NCBI GenBank assembly: GCA_009778475.1
Contig: WRJS01000004.1
Location: 1 to 61,606 of the forward strand
Direction: 5' to 3'
DNA length: 61,606 nt
DNA from: Kiritimatiellota bacterium
GTDB lineage: Bacteria > Verrucomicrobiota > Kiritimatiellia > RFP12 > UBA1067
In this document: positions 35,509-46,052 of the stretch, piece by piece
Numbering within the stretch: position 1 is the stretch's first letter
Layout of the letters: each line of letters opens with the position of its first letter
Program-made: the position numbers and the translations under genes
Notes under the pieces: generated by a model
Database searches by the model: none
Told to the model about the DNA's origin: nothing
Seen by the model: only the letters and a program-made list of their open reading frames with translations

Positions 35509-35664
35509 TGGAGGGCGAGCCCATTGGCGCGGCGTGCGACCAATGGGGATGGAGGGCGAGGCAGGGGACCCCCATTGGCGCGGCGTGCGGCCAATGGGGA
35601 TGGAGGGCGAGCGTCCTCGCGAGCCGCAATGTGTTTAACGGCTCGCGGAGACGCTCGCCCTCCA
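35509..35664. repeat. Cluster of family-B REP-like units with internal palindromes
   Basis: tggagggcgag x3; cccattgg...ccaatggg x2; terminal inverted pair 35601-35664. Confidence 0.8.
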
Positions 35665-35732
35665 TTTGATTCCTAATTAGCAAATAGCCCCTTGCTTTTC
35701 AGGGGCGGGGTGGGTTATACTGGTGGGCATCT

Positions 35733-36296
35733 ATGCGGATTTCAGGTGGAGTGTGGTGCGGGCGGAAATTGAAGGCGCCGGCGGGCGGCGCGGTGCGGCC
35801 GACGCAGGAGCGCGTGCGCGAGGCGATTTTCTCGATGCTGATGGGCGTGGTGCCGGGGGCGTCGTTCCTGGACCTCTATGCGGGGTCGGGGTCGGTGGGG
35901 CTGGAGGCGCTGAGCCGCGGGGCCGGGCGCGTGACGTGGGTCGAGAAGGACGCGCGGAACGTGGCGGTGCTGAAGGGCAACCTGGCGCTGCTGGCGCCGG
36001 AGGCGCGTTGCGAGGTGGCCTGCGCGGAGGTCTTGCGCTGGGTGCGCGGGCCGGGGCGCGGCGGCGGCTTCGGCGTGGCGTTCGCGGACCCGCCGTATGA
36101 GGTGACGCGCGAGCAGGGGTTCGCGGGGCTGATGGCGGCGCTGGCGGAGGGCGGCGTGGTCGCGCCGCAGGGGTTCTTCGCGGCAGAGATGGCGGACGCG
36201 TGCGGGGCGGCGGAGGCGCCGGGGTGGTCGCTGCTGCGCGACCGCACCTACGGGCACACGCGCGTCGCGCTGTACCGGCGCGAGGGGCAGGTTTGA
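35733..36296 (+). CDS. rsmD: 16S rRNA m2G966 methyltransferase
   Basis: MRISGG, RPT..RVREAIF, LDLYAGSG, DPPY. Confidence 0.92.
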   Translation: MRISGGVWCGRKLKAPAGGAVRPTQERVREAIFSMLMGVVPGASFLDLYAGSGSVGLEALSRGAGRVTWVEKDARNVAVLKGNLALLAPEARCEVACAEVLRWVRGPGRGGGFGVAFADPPYEVTREQGFAGLMAALAEGGVVAPQGFFAAEMADACGAAEAPGWSLLRDRTYGHTRVALYRREGQV

Positions 36297-36300
36297 AAAT

Positions 36301-36397
36301 GTTACACAGAGAAACACAGAGAAGCCACAGAGGTTCACAGAGAAAATTAAAAAAACTCTGTGCGTCTCTGCGTCTCCTCCGTGAAACTCTGTGTAAC
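36301..36397. repeat. Inverted repeat element built of cacagag units
   Basis: gttacacagag...ctctgtgtaac. Confidence 0.7.
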
Positions 36398-36421
36398 AAA
36401 AAAAACGGAGGTGGGTAAGGC

Positions 36422-36964
36422 ATGAAGAGGACGGCGATTTATCCGGGGACGTTTGACCCGCTGACGCTGGGGCATTTCGACTTGATTGAGCGGAGCGCGG
36501 CGTTGTTCGAGAAGGTCATCGTGGTGGTGGCCGGGGTGTCGGCGAAGGCGACGGGGATGTTCGGCATCGAGGCGCGCATGGCGATGATCCGCGAGAGCGT
36601 GGCGGAGGCGGGCCTCGCGAACGTCGAGGTGGACAGGCTGGACTGCCTGCTGGTGGACTACTGCCGCAGCCGTGGCGTGGGGGTGGTGGTGCGCGGGCTG
36701 AGGGTGTATTCGGATTTCGAGTATGAGTTCCAGATGGCGCTGACGAACCGCAAGCTCGGGCCGGAGGTCGAGACGCTGTTCATGATGCCGAACGAGAACT
36801 ACAGTTATGTGACGGCCAGCACCATCCGCGAGGTCACGCGGTACGGGGGCGACACGCGCGCGTTCGTGCCGGGGGTGGTGCAGCGTTACTTGGAGGCGTA
36901 CAGGAGCGGGCGGGTCCCGCAGTCAGGAGGCGACGTTGGAAACACAGGGGCGTTTGATCGTTGA
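36422..36964 (+). CDS. coaD: Phosphopantetheine adenylyltransferase
   Basis: YPGTFDPLTLGH, RGLR..SDFEYE. Confidence 0.95.
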   Translation: MKRTAIYPGTFDPLTLGHFDLIERSAALFEKVIVVVAGVSAKATGMFGIEARMAMIRESVAEAGLANVEVDRLDCLLVDYCRSRGVGVVVRGLRVYSDFEYEFQMALTNRKLGPEVETLFMMPNENYSYVTASTIREVTRYGGDTRAFVPGVVQRYLEAYRSGRVPQSGGDVGNTGAFDR

Positions 36965-37415
36965 TCTCGCCCGCCTCGACACGGGGGGCGGGCGGTATGC
37001 GGGCGAGCTGGCGGAGGCGGTGCTGGAGCTGGGCGACAGCGAGGTCCTCGCGCCGCTGGGGGGCATCGCGTATGACGTGTCCGTGCAGCTGCTGGGGGAT
37101 GACGAGCTGCTCGTGCGCGGGCGGCTGCGGCAGCGGCTGCGGTGCGTGTGCGTGCGGTGCGCGGCGGATTTCGAGGGCGAGGCCTCGGACGGGGACTTCA
37201 CGGCCTGCGTCGAAATTCCTAAAGAAATCCAATTCCTAGACTTGACCCAAGAGGTCAGAGAGGCTATTATACTCGCCCTTCCCGGATACCCGGTTTGTCG
37301 CGAGGACTGTAAGGGCCTGTGCATGACATGCGGGGCGAACCTGAATGAGGCGGCGTGCGCTTGCCATCAGGCAGGGCGCGATAACCGGTGGGCTGCGCTG
37401 GACACGTTGATATGA
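36936..37415 (+). CDS. DUF177/YceD-family protein
   Basis: CVRC, CREDCKGLC..CG.NLN...C.C, RWAAL; upstream of rpmF. Confidence 0.88.
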   Translation: METQGRLIVDLARLDTGGGRYAGELAEAVLELGDSEVLAPLGGIAYDVSVQLLGDDELLVRGRLRQRLRCVCVRCAADFEGEASDGDFTACVEIPKEIQFLDLTQEVREAIILALPGYPVCREDCKGLCMTCGANLNEAACACHQAGRDNRWAALDTLI

Positions 37416-37450
37416 CCGCGCAAGGATGAACGCATTAGGAGAAATGAGAG

Positions 37451-37630
37451 ATGGCTGTACCAAAGAGGAAGAAATCGAAGATGAGAATCCGCCAGCGCAA
37501 GGGGCAGATTAAGGCCGAGCTGGCGCAAGTGCAGACGTGCCCGAACTGCGAGGCGCCCCAGCGGTCTCACCGTGTGTGCCTGTCCTGCGGGATGTACCGC
37601 GGCCGCCAGGTGCTGACGATTGAGGCGTGA
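37451..37630 (+). CDS. rpmF: 50S ribosomal protein L32
   Basis: Manual translation MAVPKRKKSKMR...CPNC...HRVCLSCGMYRGRQV. Confidence 0.95.
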   Translation: MAVPKRKKSKMRIRQRKGQIKAELAQVQTCPNCEAPQRSHRVCLSCGMYRGRQVLTIEA

Positions 37631-37731
37631 CCGGCCGCGGGCAGGGCCCGCATGGAACCGGACATTCGGAATGAGCCCGACCTCGCCTGACGGCGCGGCG
37701 GGCGTGTTGTCTGCGCGAAGGAGGGCGGACC

Positions 37732-38775
37732 ATGAAGATTGCATTGGATGCGATGGGAGGCGACCACGCGCCGCACGAGATTGTGCACGGCGCGGTGGAT
37801 GCCGCCAACAGGCTTAAGGATGTCTCGTGCATCTTCCTGGTCGGCGACGAGGCCGCCGTCAACGCCGAGCTGGCCAAGCACCCCAAGGTCAACATGGACC
37901 GCCTGAAGGTCGTCCATGCGCCCGAGGCCATCGGCATGGACGAGGCCCCCGCGCAGGCCGTGCGCAAGAAAAAGCTCTGCTCCATCAGCATCTGCATGGA
38001 GATGGTCAAGCGCAAGGAGGCCGACGCGATGGTCTCCGCCGGCAACTCCGGCGCCGTGGCGGCCTCCGCCGTGTTCACGCTCGGGCGCATCCCCGGGGTG
38101 ACGCGCCCCGCGATCGCCACCGCCCTGCCCACGCGCCTGCCCCACCGCCCCACGCTCCTGCTCGACGCGGGCGCGAACACGGACTGCGAGGCCATCTGGC
38201 TCACGCAGTTCGCGGTGATGGGCGCCACCTACTCCCAGGCCGTGCTGAAGCAGCCCGTGCCCGTCGTCGGCCTGCTCAGCATCGGCTCGGAGGACGGCAA
38301 GGGCAACGAGATGACCAAAAAGGCCTTCCAGCTGATGCAGAAGATTGACGTGAACTTCCGCGGCAACGTCGAGGGGCACGACCTCTTCATGGGCGAGATG
38401 GACGTCGTGGTCTGCGACGGCTTCGTCGGCAACGCCGTCATCAAGACGGCGGAGAGCGTGGCCAAGGCCGTGGGGTACTGGATCAAGAAAGAGTTTTTCC
38501 TCGACCCCGTGCGGATGTTCGGCGCGCTGCTCCTGAAGGGAGCCTTGCAGACCCTCAGGAGCCGCATGGACCCTGAGATTTACGGCGGCGCCCCGCTGCT
38601 GGGCGTCCCCGGCACGGTGTTCATCACGCATGGCAGCTCATCGCACCGCGCGATCTACCACGCCATCATCGCCGCCGCCGCGGCCGCCGCGAACAACCTC
38701 ACCGACACCATCACCAAGCGCATCGCCGCCATGGAGGTGATGGTCGCGGATGCGCCGCCCGCACAGCAAGCGTGA
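37732..38775 (+). CDS. plsX: Phosphate acyltransferase PlsX
   Basis: IALDAMGGDHAP, SAGNSGA, LDAGAN, VCDGFVGN, HGSS. Confidence 0.95.
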   Translation: MKIALDAMGGDHAPHEIVHGAVDAANRLKDVSCIFLVGDEAAVNAELAKHPKVNMDRLKVVHAPEAIGMDEAPAQAVRKKKLCSISICMEMVKRKEADAMVSAGNSGAVAASAVFTLGRIPGVTRPAIATALPTRLPHRPTLLLDAGANTDCEAIWLTQFAVMGATYSQAVLKQPVPVVGLLSIGSEDGKGNEMTKKAFQLMQKIDVNFRGNVEGHDLFMGEMDVVVCDGFVGNAVIKTAESVAKAVGYWIKKEFFLDPVRMFGALLLKGALQTLRSRMDPEIYGGAPLLGVPGTVFITHGSSSHRAIYHAIIAAAAAAANNLTDTITKRIAAMEVMVADAPPAQQA

Positions 38776-38816
38776 CGCACACGGCTGAGTGTCCCGTAAC
38801 GGCGAAAGGGCAAAGC

Positions 38817-40142
38817 ATGAACTTGGCAAATGTGCGTCGGCTGGGTTGGGTGATGGCCGGGGTCGCGGTGTGCGCGATGGCGTCCTCATGCGCGGTATGC
38901 CGCAAGGCGCAGGATAACGGGATGGAGGGGGCCACCAGCCCTTTTCGGTCGGAGGTGGTGGAGAAGATGAAGGCCATCGTCATCCCCGAGGTCAACTTCG
39001 CCCCGCCCGCCACACTCGTTGACGCGGTGGCGTTCTTCAAGCAGGCCAGCCGCACCCCCCATGACAAGCAAGGCATTGACTTCATCCTGCAACTACCACC
39101 CTGCCGGGCGTATGACGGGGAAGAAGACAGTGATTGCATTTTCAGTGTCGCCAGCGCGAACGGGAAGGGGTACGGCGTTCCTGTCCTGCCCGTCATGAAT
39201 TGCCGTGACATCAGCCTGTACGACGCGCTGAAAAACATCTGTGACGTGACAGGCATGATCATCCGGATTAGCGGGGACCGTGTTCAGCTCATGCCGTTTG
39301 AGGATAAGGATATCTTGTGCGGTGATTTTTTCCCGCACAGTTACAATGTGTCCTTCGACCCTTCGCAGCCCGTCACAGAAGACGACTTGAAAGCGCTCTT
39401 CACGCATATTGGGGGCGTGCAATGGCCCATCGGCACGTCCATCTGCTATCTCTCGGCCATCGGGAAGCTGCGCGTCACGAACACGATAGAGAACCATGAC
39501 ATACTGCGCGAGCTGCTCTCTTACATGAACCATCAACGCGTGCACGCGAGCGTACAGATACTCGCGTTCAGGGTGGGCGACATCGAGAAACTCCAGCGCA
39601 ACGGGGACATGACGGTAAAGGCGCTGATGGCGTTGCGGAAAGCCGGTAAGGCCAAGCCCGTGGCAACAGCCTCCGCCGTGGCGGAACCGGGGAAGGGGGC
39701 GACGATGAAAGCCGTGCAGGACGTCATCTCTCCCGCCACGCCGCAGGATTCCGCCGCACGGGAGCCCGGCATGGTTTTAGAGGTTACCCCCGAGACCTCA
39801 TGGAACAAGCCCTTCATCGATCTGAACGTGCGCGCGCAATGGGTTACGCTGGCGCGGTGGGAAACGCATACGGGGGAACAGGCGGCAGGCAGGCCGCGCA
39901 AGGTGCGCCGGCCTGTGTTCAACGAGATACGTTTCGAGACACGCGCCCGGCTGGAAGACGGCGACACGATTCTGCTCGGGAGCAGCACCACGCCGGACGG
40001 TAAATGGGTGCAGGCCGGGTTCCTGACGGTGAGGCGGCAGGATGCCCAGCCCGGTCTCCTGCGCATCGACTTGGATCGTTTCATCCAGTCCGTGCCCTCG
40101 CGGATGAATGTCCCGCCGCGCGTCCAAGACGAAGAGGACTGA
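38817..40142 (+). CDS. Abbreviated secretin-like (type II/III secretion, PVC PilQ-like) protein
   Basis: Signal-like N-terminus; IVIPEVNF..L.DAV.F, LRVTNT.ENH, GMVLEVTP, RPVF..DGDTILLG. Confidence 0.5.
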   Translation: MNLANVRRLGWVMAGVAVCAMASSCAVCRKAQDNGMEGATSPFRSEVVEKMKAIVIPEVNFAPPATLVDAVAFFKQASRTPHDKQGIDFILQLPPCRAYDGEEDSDCIFSVASANGKGYGVPVLPVMNCRDISLYDALKNICDVTGMIIRISGDRVQLMPFEDKDILCGDFFPHSYNVSFDPSQPVTEDDLKALFTHIGGVQWPIGTSICYLSAIGKLRVTNTIENHDILRELLSYMNHQRVHASVQILAFRVGDIEKLQRNGDMTVKALMALRKAGKAKPVATASAVAEPGKGATMKAVQDVISPATPQDSAAREPGMVLEVTPETSWNKPFIDLNVRAQWVTLARWETHTGEQAAGRPRKVRRPVFNEIRFETRARLEDGDTILLGSSTTPDGKWVQAGFLTVRRQDAQPGLLRIDLDRFIQSVPSRMNVPPRVQDEED

Positions 40143-40304
40143 ACCCTATTCTCCCCGTAGCGTTCCTGTCTGCCGCAGTTCATTTTGTGCTGCCGTGGCA
40201 CGGGGGCGCACCCCGTTCTGAACGCGGCGGCTGTATGCGCCCCCCAAACAGGGGCGGTCGCGAAACCTCCCCTCCCTTAAACCCCTTGCGGCCGGACCCC
40301 TTTC

Positions 40305-43300
40305 CTAATCCTCGATGATGACGCGGAAGCCGACATCGAAGGGGCGCATCCAGCCGGGGTAGGCCCAGCGCCAGGTGGAGGTGGCGCGGATCTGGCGGGA
40401 GTTCCATGAGCCGCCGCGCACGACCTTTTTCTCGTCCGCCGTCTTGGCGCTGTTGCGCCCGTCGCCGTCCACATACGGGTAGGGGCGGAAGGCGGAGCGG
40501 GTCCACTCGGCGACGTTGCCGTGCATGTCGTGCAGGCCGAAGGCGTTGGGCTTGAACTTGCCGGCCTCGGCGAGGAAGAGGACGCCGTCGTTGAAGCGCG
40601 GGTCGCGCAGCTCGTAGTCGAGGATGGGCGGGGGGTTGGCCATGGGCTGGGGGTTCACGCCGTCAACGGCCAGCTTCTTGCGCTCGGCCCCGGCGAGGTT
40701 GGCGAAGGGCGCGAAGTCGGTGTCGAAGCCGCCGAACGACAGGGGCGTCTCCGTCCCCGCGCGGCAGGCCCACTCCCACTGGGCCTCGGTGGGGAGGGTG
40801 ACTTTCTTGCCGGTCTTCTTGCTGAGCCATTCGCAGTAGGCCATGGCCTTCTCCCACGAGATGCGGATGGCGGGCAGCTGGGTGTCCTGCTGGAGGTTCA
40901 TGTAGTAGCCGCGCTTGACCTGGTCCTTGTAGTGCATGTCGTACACGCCGTTGTCGTGGGCGGGGTCGAAGGCCTTGAACTGGGCGACGGTGACCTCGGT
41001 GGCGCCCATCCAGAAGGGCTTGGCGATGCGCACGCCGCAGAGGGGGAGCTCGGCCGGGGTCTCGCCGGAGGCCCCCATGGTGAACTGGCCGGAGGGGACG
41101 CGGGCCAGCGCCATCTTCACGCCGTTGCCGAGGTCGAGGGCCATCTCCTTCTCGCCGCTGAGCGCATCGACTTTCATGGGCAGCGGGCTCTTGGGCGCGG
41201 GGGGCGGGGGGGCCTTCTGGGGCGCGACGAAATCGGCGGGCTGGTAGGGGTTGACGATGACCTCGGGGTCGAAGTGGTTGTTGGAGTATTTGCGCTCGAA
41301 CTCGCGGCGGCGCTCGAGCCAGCGCTTCTGTGCGCCGCGCTCGGTCCAGGTGCCGAAGTACGGCACGTCGAGGTCGAGCCACATCTGCAGGCGGGACCAG
41401 TCGTCTTCGGAGAGCTTGACGTTGTGGTGGCCCTTGGTGAGCATCTGGATCATCTCGGAGGTGTCGGCGTGGAACTCCATGGGGGTGAGCAGGTGGTAGT
41501 CGCCCTCGGGGCCGTTGCGGCGGAAGTAGGGCTGGAAGGCGAGGTAGGATTTGCCGAAGCCCCACTCGCCGTTGCCGCGCGTGAAGCTGGGGGCCTTCTG
41601 GCCGAGCGCGTTGGTGGCGGTGGTCTCGTCGTTGTGGCAGCCGACGCAGTTGCGGTCGAGGACGTTCTGCACCTCGCGGTCGAACGCGAAGCCGCGGCGC
41701 GGGCCGAACCACGGCTGGATCTGCTGGGCCTTCTTGCGGGAGGCGACGGTGCGCTGGTTGGGGGAGGCGTAGTTCTGCTGCTGGTGGCAGCCGACGCAGG
41801 AGAGCACCTCGCCGGGCATCCCGACGAACCACGAGCGCATCATCTGCATGCTCTTGCCCTCGGCGTCGAGCGGCAGGATGGAGATGGGGAGGTTGGGGGG
41901 GGCCTCGAACATGAACGAGCCGTCGGCCTCGACGTCAACGGTGCCGAGCATGACGCGCGGGTCCCACGGGCCCTCGATGCCGACGGTGTAGTGACCGCCG
42001 ATGTTGCGCGGGGAATACTCGTAGTAGAACACGGCGAGCTTCTTCACCTTGTCCTTGGGGATGCCCGCGAGGCCGGGGCCGTTGTAGATGCTCACGCAGT
42101 TGATGGTGCAGTTGGTCTTGGACTCGTCCACGCGGTCGGGGATCGGCGCGGGCTGCTCGGGCTTCATCACGGGGAAGGGCTCGATGATGTTGAGCTTGCC
42201 GTCGGCCTCGATGGGGAACTGGTTGTCGTAGATGTCCACCAGCGCGAGCATGAAGCGGTTCTGCACGGCCGGGTCCTGCATGGACACGAGGAACAGGTCG
42301 TCCGCCAGCGGGAACGGGTGCAGGAAGAACTGCTTGGCGTCGTTGGCGAGCTCGTCGCGCACATAGACGTAATGCTCGGTGTCGGTGTCGGGCCTCTGCT
42401 GGTCGATGGGCAGCAGCACCACCTTCTTGCCGTAGCCCGGCAGCTGCTGCACCACGCCGTCCACCTCGTGCCGGCCGCGCTCCACGTCGAACAGGTACAG
42501 CCGCCCCTTGCGCGCCACGCCGTGATGCCCCGTGACCACGCCGATGAATTTGGTGGAGGAACCCGGCAGCGGGCGCGCGTAGAACAGCGAGTTGGGCCAG
42601 TACGAGTTCGAGCCGTAATACTCCTGCTGGTCCGTGCCGTCCGGGTTCATCGTCATCAGCACGCGGCTGAAGTAGTGCGCCGTCTCGGTGTACTCCCAGC
42701 GCAGGTACAGGCAGCGCCCGTTCGGCAGCATCACGGGGTACCAGTTGTTGTCCTGGTCATAGCTCAGGCGGCGTATGCGGCCGTCCTCGTAACGCAACAG
42801 CAGGTTGCCCACGTAGTCCGCGCCGCCCACGCACGGCACGCCCTGAAAACCGCTCGACCCCACCATGAACATCCGACCGTTCGGCAGGTACATCGGGTCG
42901 TAATAGTCGATGTCCGCCTCGTCCGGCGTGAGCTCCGTGACCTTCCCCGGCGCGTCCAGGCGCATCTCCGCGATGCCCCAGCCCTTGCCGCTGGCCTTGC
43001 GCGTGGAGAACGCGATCTTCTCCGCCTTGAAGTCGAGGTTGAAGTCGCCCAGGTAATGCTCGCTCGCGTACAGCACCTTCACCTCCGCGCCGTCCTTGCG
43101 GAACAGCGGCGCGCGCACGATGTCGTTCTCGTAACCCGAGACCGGCACCGACGAGTTGCCCTGCCAGTTCGCCGGCATCCCGATGTTACGGTTCGAGCGG
43201 CGCACATACAGCACATCCGAAAACTTCTTCGTCGCCGGGTGCTGGCCATAGACTTTCAGCGACAGGTCATAGACCTTCTGCGCCGCCGCGTCGCGGCTCG

Positions 43301-43994
43301 CGTCCGTGACGCTCGCGGTCGCGGCCTTCACGGCCGCGAGCTCGCCCAGCAGCGCCGCCTTGTTCGGATACGCCTGCGGGTGCTTCTTCGCGAAGCTCTC
43401 GATCGCGCGCTCCATGGCCACGGGGTTGAACAGCTGCAGCGCCGCAAGCTGACGGCGGTTCGCGATCTCCGGCGGCTGGAGCTTGTCGATGTGCTTGCCG
43501 ACGATCGAGTCCTCCGCGCCCGGCTTCACCTCGAACGGGTTCTCCATCTTCGCCTGATTGAGCTGGCCCGTCCAGCGGATGATGCGCCCCTCGTCCATGA
43601 CCAGCACACGCGCATGGTTCAGGCGCCCCTCGTAGCCGCTGCGGTTCCACAGCACCACCTTGTCGATGGGCGCCGCCGCGCCGAGGTCCACCTCCCACCA
43701 CGGGTTCTCGATGTTCTCCTCCGTGTGGGTGATGCTGCCCTTGCCCCAGTCGCCATCCGTATTACCGTCGATGGCCCGCGCCGCGTCGCCGTCCCACGCC
43801 GTGCAGCACTGCGAGGCCTTGCCCTTCCGCGCCACGTTCTCGCCCCCGCTGAATATCTGCACCTCCGCCAGCGACAGCGTTGCCTGATCGCGCGGGATGT
43901 CCACGCGCACGAACCGCCCCTGCACCTGCCCCTGCGACACCCCGGCCGCCAGCGCACTTACCGACAACAGAACCCGACCAAACGTATTCATCAT
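40305..43994 (-). CDS. Secreted multidomain protein: F5/8-fucolectin domain + HzsA-like propeller + two CxxCH + FGE-sulfatase domain
   Basis: AIDGNTDG..THT..PWWEVDLG; LYLRWEY; CVGCH twice; LPTEAQWEWACRAG, HDMHGNVAEW, RGGSW. Confidence 0.85.
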   Translation of the reverse strand: MMNTFGRVLLSVSALAAGVSQGQVQGRFVRVDIPRDQATLSLAEVQIFSGGENVARKGKASQCCTAWDGDAARAIDGNTDGDWGKGSITHTEENIENPWWEVDLGAAAPIDKVVLWNRSGYEGRLNHARVLVMDEGRIIRWTGQLNQAKMENPFEVKPGAEDSIVGKHIDKLQPPEIANRRQLAALQLFNPVAMERAIESFAKKHPQAYPNKAALLGELAAVKAATASVTDASRDAAAQKVYDLSLKVYGQHPATKKFSDVLYVRRSNRNIGMPANWQGNSSVPVSGYENDIVRAPLFRKDGAEVKVLYASEHYLGDFNLDFKAEKIAFSTRKASGKGWGIAEMRLDAPGKVTELTPDEADIDYYDPMYLPNGRMFMVGSSGFQGVPCVGGADYVGNLLLRYEDGRIRRLSYDQDNNWYPVMLPNGRCLYLRWEYTETAHYFSRVLMTMNPDGTDQQEYYGSNSYWPNSLFYARPLPGSSTKFIGVVTGHHGVARKGRLYLFDVERGRHEVDGVVQQLPGYGKKVVLLPIDQQRPDTDTEHYVYVRDELANDAKQFFLHPFPLADDLFLVSMQDPAVQNRFMLALVDIYDNQFPIEADGKLNIIEPFPVMKPEQPAPIPDRVDESKTNCTINCVSIYNGPGLAGIPKDKVKKLAVFYYEYSPRNIGGHYTVGIEGPWDPRVMLGTVDVEADGSFMFEAPPNLPISILPLDAEGKSMQMMRSWFVGMPGEVLSCVGCHQQQNYASPNQRTVASRKKAQQIQPWFGPRRGFAFDREVQNVLDRNCVGCHNDETTATNALGQKAPSFTRGNGEWGFGKSYLAFQPYFRRNGPEGDYHLLTPMEFHADTSEMIQMLTKGHHNVKLSEDDWSRLQMWLDLDVPYFGTWTERGAQKRWLERRREFERKYSNNHFDPEVIVNPYQPADFVAPQKAPPPPAPKSPLPMKVDALSGEKEMALDLGNGVKMALARVPSGQFTMGASGETPAELPLCGVRIAKPFWMGATEVTVAQFKAFDPAHDNGVYDMHYKDQVKRGYYMNLQQDTQLPAIRISWEKAMAYCEWLSKKTGKKVTLPTEAQWEWACRAGTETPLSFGGFDTDFAPFANLAGAERKKLAVDGVNPQPMANPPPILDYELRDPRFNDGVLFLAEAGKFKPNAFGLHDMHGNVAEWTRSAFRPYPYVDGDGRNSAKTADEKKVVRGGSWNSRQIRATSTWRWAYPGWMRPFDVGFRVIIED

Positions 43995-44167
43995 CCTTCT
44001 CTCCTAAAAACTTTTATGACAGTGTATCAGTCTCATGCGGCAACGTCAACAACAATTTCGAACGTTCACGCAACGCGAAATCTGCGACGCGCGTAAAAAC
44101 AGGTTTGCATCTTCCGCTGATTCGTCTATACTAGTGACCTTGAATTTCCAACAGAAAAGGAGGCTGG

Positions 44168-46042
44168 ATGCGTATGAAGCGAAAGGTTGTTTTGTCGGTT
44201 TGCGTGGCACTGTCGGCACTGTCGGCTCGCGCGGTTTCGGCTCCAGAGGCGTTGCTGCTCATTGAGGCGGAGTCGTTCGCGGAGAAAGGCGGGTGGGTCG
44301 TGGACCAGCAGTTCATGGACCAGATGGGGTCGCCGTTCCTGATGGCGCACGGGCTGGGCGTGCCCGTGGCAGACGCCAAGACGCGCGTGGAGATTCCGTT
44401 CATGGGCGCGTACCCTTACCGTGTGCTGGTCCGCACGCGCAACTGGACCGCGCCGTGGGGCACGAAGGACGCGGCCGGCAAGTTCCAGGTGCTCATCAAC
44501 GGCAAGGCGCTCAAAAACACCCTCGGCACGCAGGGCGCGGAATGGGCATGGCAGGAGGCGGGGGAGATGTGGCTCGAGAAAGGCACCGCTGAGATTGCGC
44601 TGCACGACCTGACCGGGTTCAACGGCCGTTGCGACGCTATCATCCTGGTCACGGACAGCAAATTTGTCCCGCCGAATGATGTCAAGGCGCTCGAGGCGTT
44701 TCGCCGCGAGCGCGGGGCCATCACCGCGCCCAAAGGGGACGTGAAGGCCGACCTGCTCGTCATCGGCGGCGGCATCCCCGGCGTCAGCGCGGCGATCACG
44801 GCCGCGCGGCTGGGGCTGAAGGTCGCGCTCGTGCAGGACCGCCCGCTCCTCGGCGGCAACAACAGCTCAGAGGTGCGCGTGCACCTCGCCGGCCGCATGA
44901 GCCTCGGGCCCTACGTGAAGCTGGGCGACACGGTGAAGGAATTCGGCCCTGCCAAGGGCGGCAACGCGCAGCCCGCCTCTCAGTACGAGGACCAGCGCAA
45001 GCTGGACGCCGTGGCGGCGGAGCCGAACATCCAGATGTTCCTCAACACGCGCGGCGTCGCGGTCGAGAAGGCCGGGGCGAGAATCGCCGCCGTCATCGGC
45101 CGCAACATCGAGACCGGCGCGGAGACGCGCTTCACCGCGCCGCTGGTGCTGGACAACACGGGCGACGGGACCATCGGCGCGCTGGCCGGCGCGGAGTTCC
45201 GCATGGGCCGCGAGAGCCGCGCCGAGACGGGCGAGCCCACCGCGCCCGAGACCGCCGACAGCATGACCATGGGCGCCTCCGTGCAGTGGTACTCGCGCGA
45301 GGCCGACGCGCCCGTCGCGTTCCCCGACATCGCCTGGGGCATCCCGTTCAGCAACACCTCCTGCGAGCGCGTCAAGATGGGCGAGTGGACGTGGGAGACC
45401 GGCATGAATAAAAATCAGATCACGGACTTCGAACACATCCGCGACTACGGGATGATGGTGATTTTCTCCAACTGGTCGTTCCTCAAAAACCATGCCCCAG
45501 ACAATGAGGGCTACGCCAAGAGCCGCCTCGACTGGGTCGCCTACGTGGCCGGCAAGCGCGAGTCCCGCCGCCTCATCGGCGACCTCGTCCTGCGGGAGCA
45601 GGACCTCACCGAGCCGAAGATTTATCCTGACGGCACCGCCTGCACGACATGGACGATTGACCTGCACTACCCCGACCCGAAGAACACCGCCAGCTTCCCC
45701 GGCGAGGAGTTCAAGTCCATCGCCAAGCACAAGCCGATCTACCCTTACCCCGTGCCGTACCGCTGCCTCTACTCAAAGAACATCAGCAACCTCTTCCTCT
45801 CCGGCCGCAGCATCAGCACAACGCACGTCGCGCTCGGCACAACGCGCGTCATGCGCACGGGCGGCATGTTGGGCGAGGTCGTCGGCATGGCCGCCGCCAT
45901 CTGCAAGAAGCACAACTGCCTGCCCCGCGACGTGTACATCACGCACCTCGACGAGCTGAAGGCGCTGATGGAGAAAGGCGTCGGCGACGGCAAGACCCAC
46001 CCCCCGCAAGGCTACAACCTCGGCGGCACGTTGATGAAGTGA
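44168..46042 (+). CDS. Secreted FAD-dependent oxidoreductase
   Basis: VIGGGIPG, DRPLLGGNNSSE, TGDG, KRESRR, PYRCLYS, TRVMRT. Confidence 0.88.
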   Translation: MRMKRKVVLSVCVALSALSARAVSAPEALLLIEAESFAEKGGWVVDQQFMDQMGSPFLMAHGLGVPVADAKTRVEIPFMGAYPYRVLVRTRNWTAPWGTKDAAGKFQVLINGKALKNTLGTQGAEWAWQEAGEMWLEKGTAEIALHDLTGFNGRCDAIILVTDSKFVPPNDVKALEAFRRERGAITAPKGDVKADLLVIGGGIPGVSAAITAARLGLKVALVQDRPLLGGNNSSEVRVHLAGRMSLGPYVKLGDTVKEFGPAKGGNAQPASQYEDQRKLDAVAAEPNIQMFLNTRGVAVEKAGARIAAVIGRNIETGAETRFTAPLVLDNTGDGTIGALAGAEFRMGRESRAETGEPTAPETADSMTMGASVQWYSREADAPVAFPDIAWGIPFSNTSCERVKMGEWTWETGMNKNQITDFEHIRDYGMMVIFSNWSFLKNHAPDNEGYAKSRLDWVAYVAGKRESRRLIGDLVLREQDLTEPKIYPDGTACTTWTIDLHYPDPKNTASFPGEEFKSIAKHKPIYPYPVPYRCLYSKNISNLFLSGRSISTTHVALGTTRVMRTGGMLGEVVGMAAAICKKHNCLPRDVYITHLDELKALMEKGVGDGKTHPPQGYNLGGTLMK

Positions 46043-46052
46043 GGAACCCAAG

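Noticed and set aside
35509-35664. Possible CRISPR array
   Set aside because: Irregular palindromic units, repeated 'spacers' and no cas genes; REP-like instead
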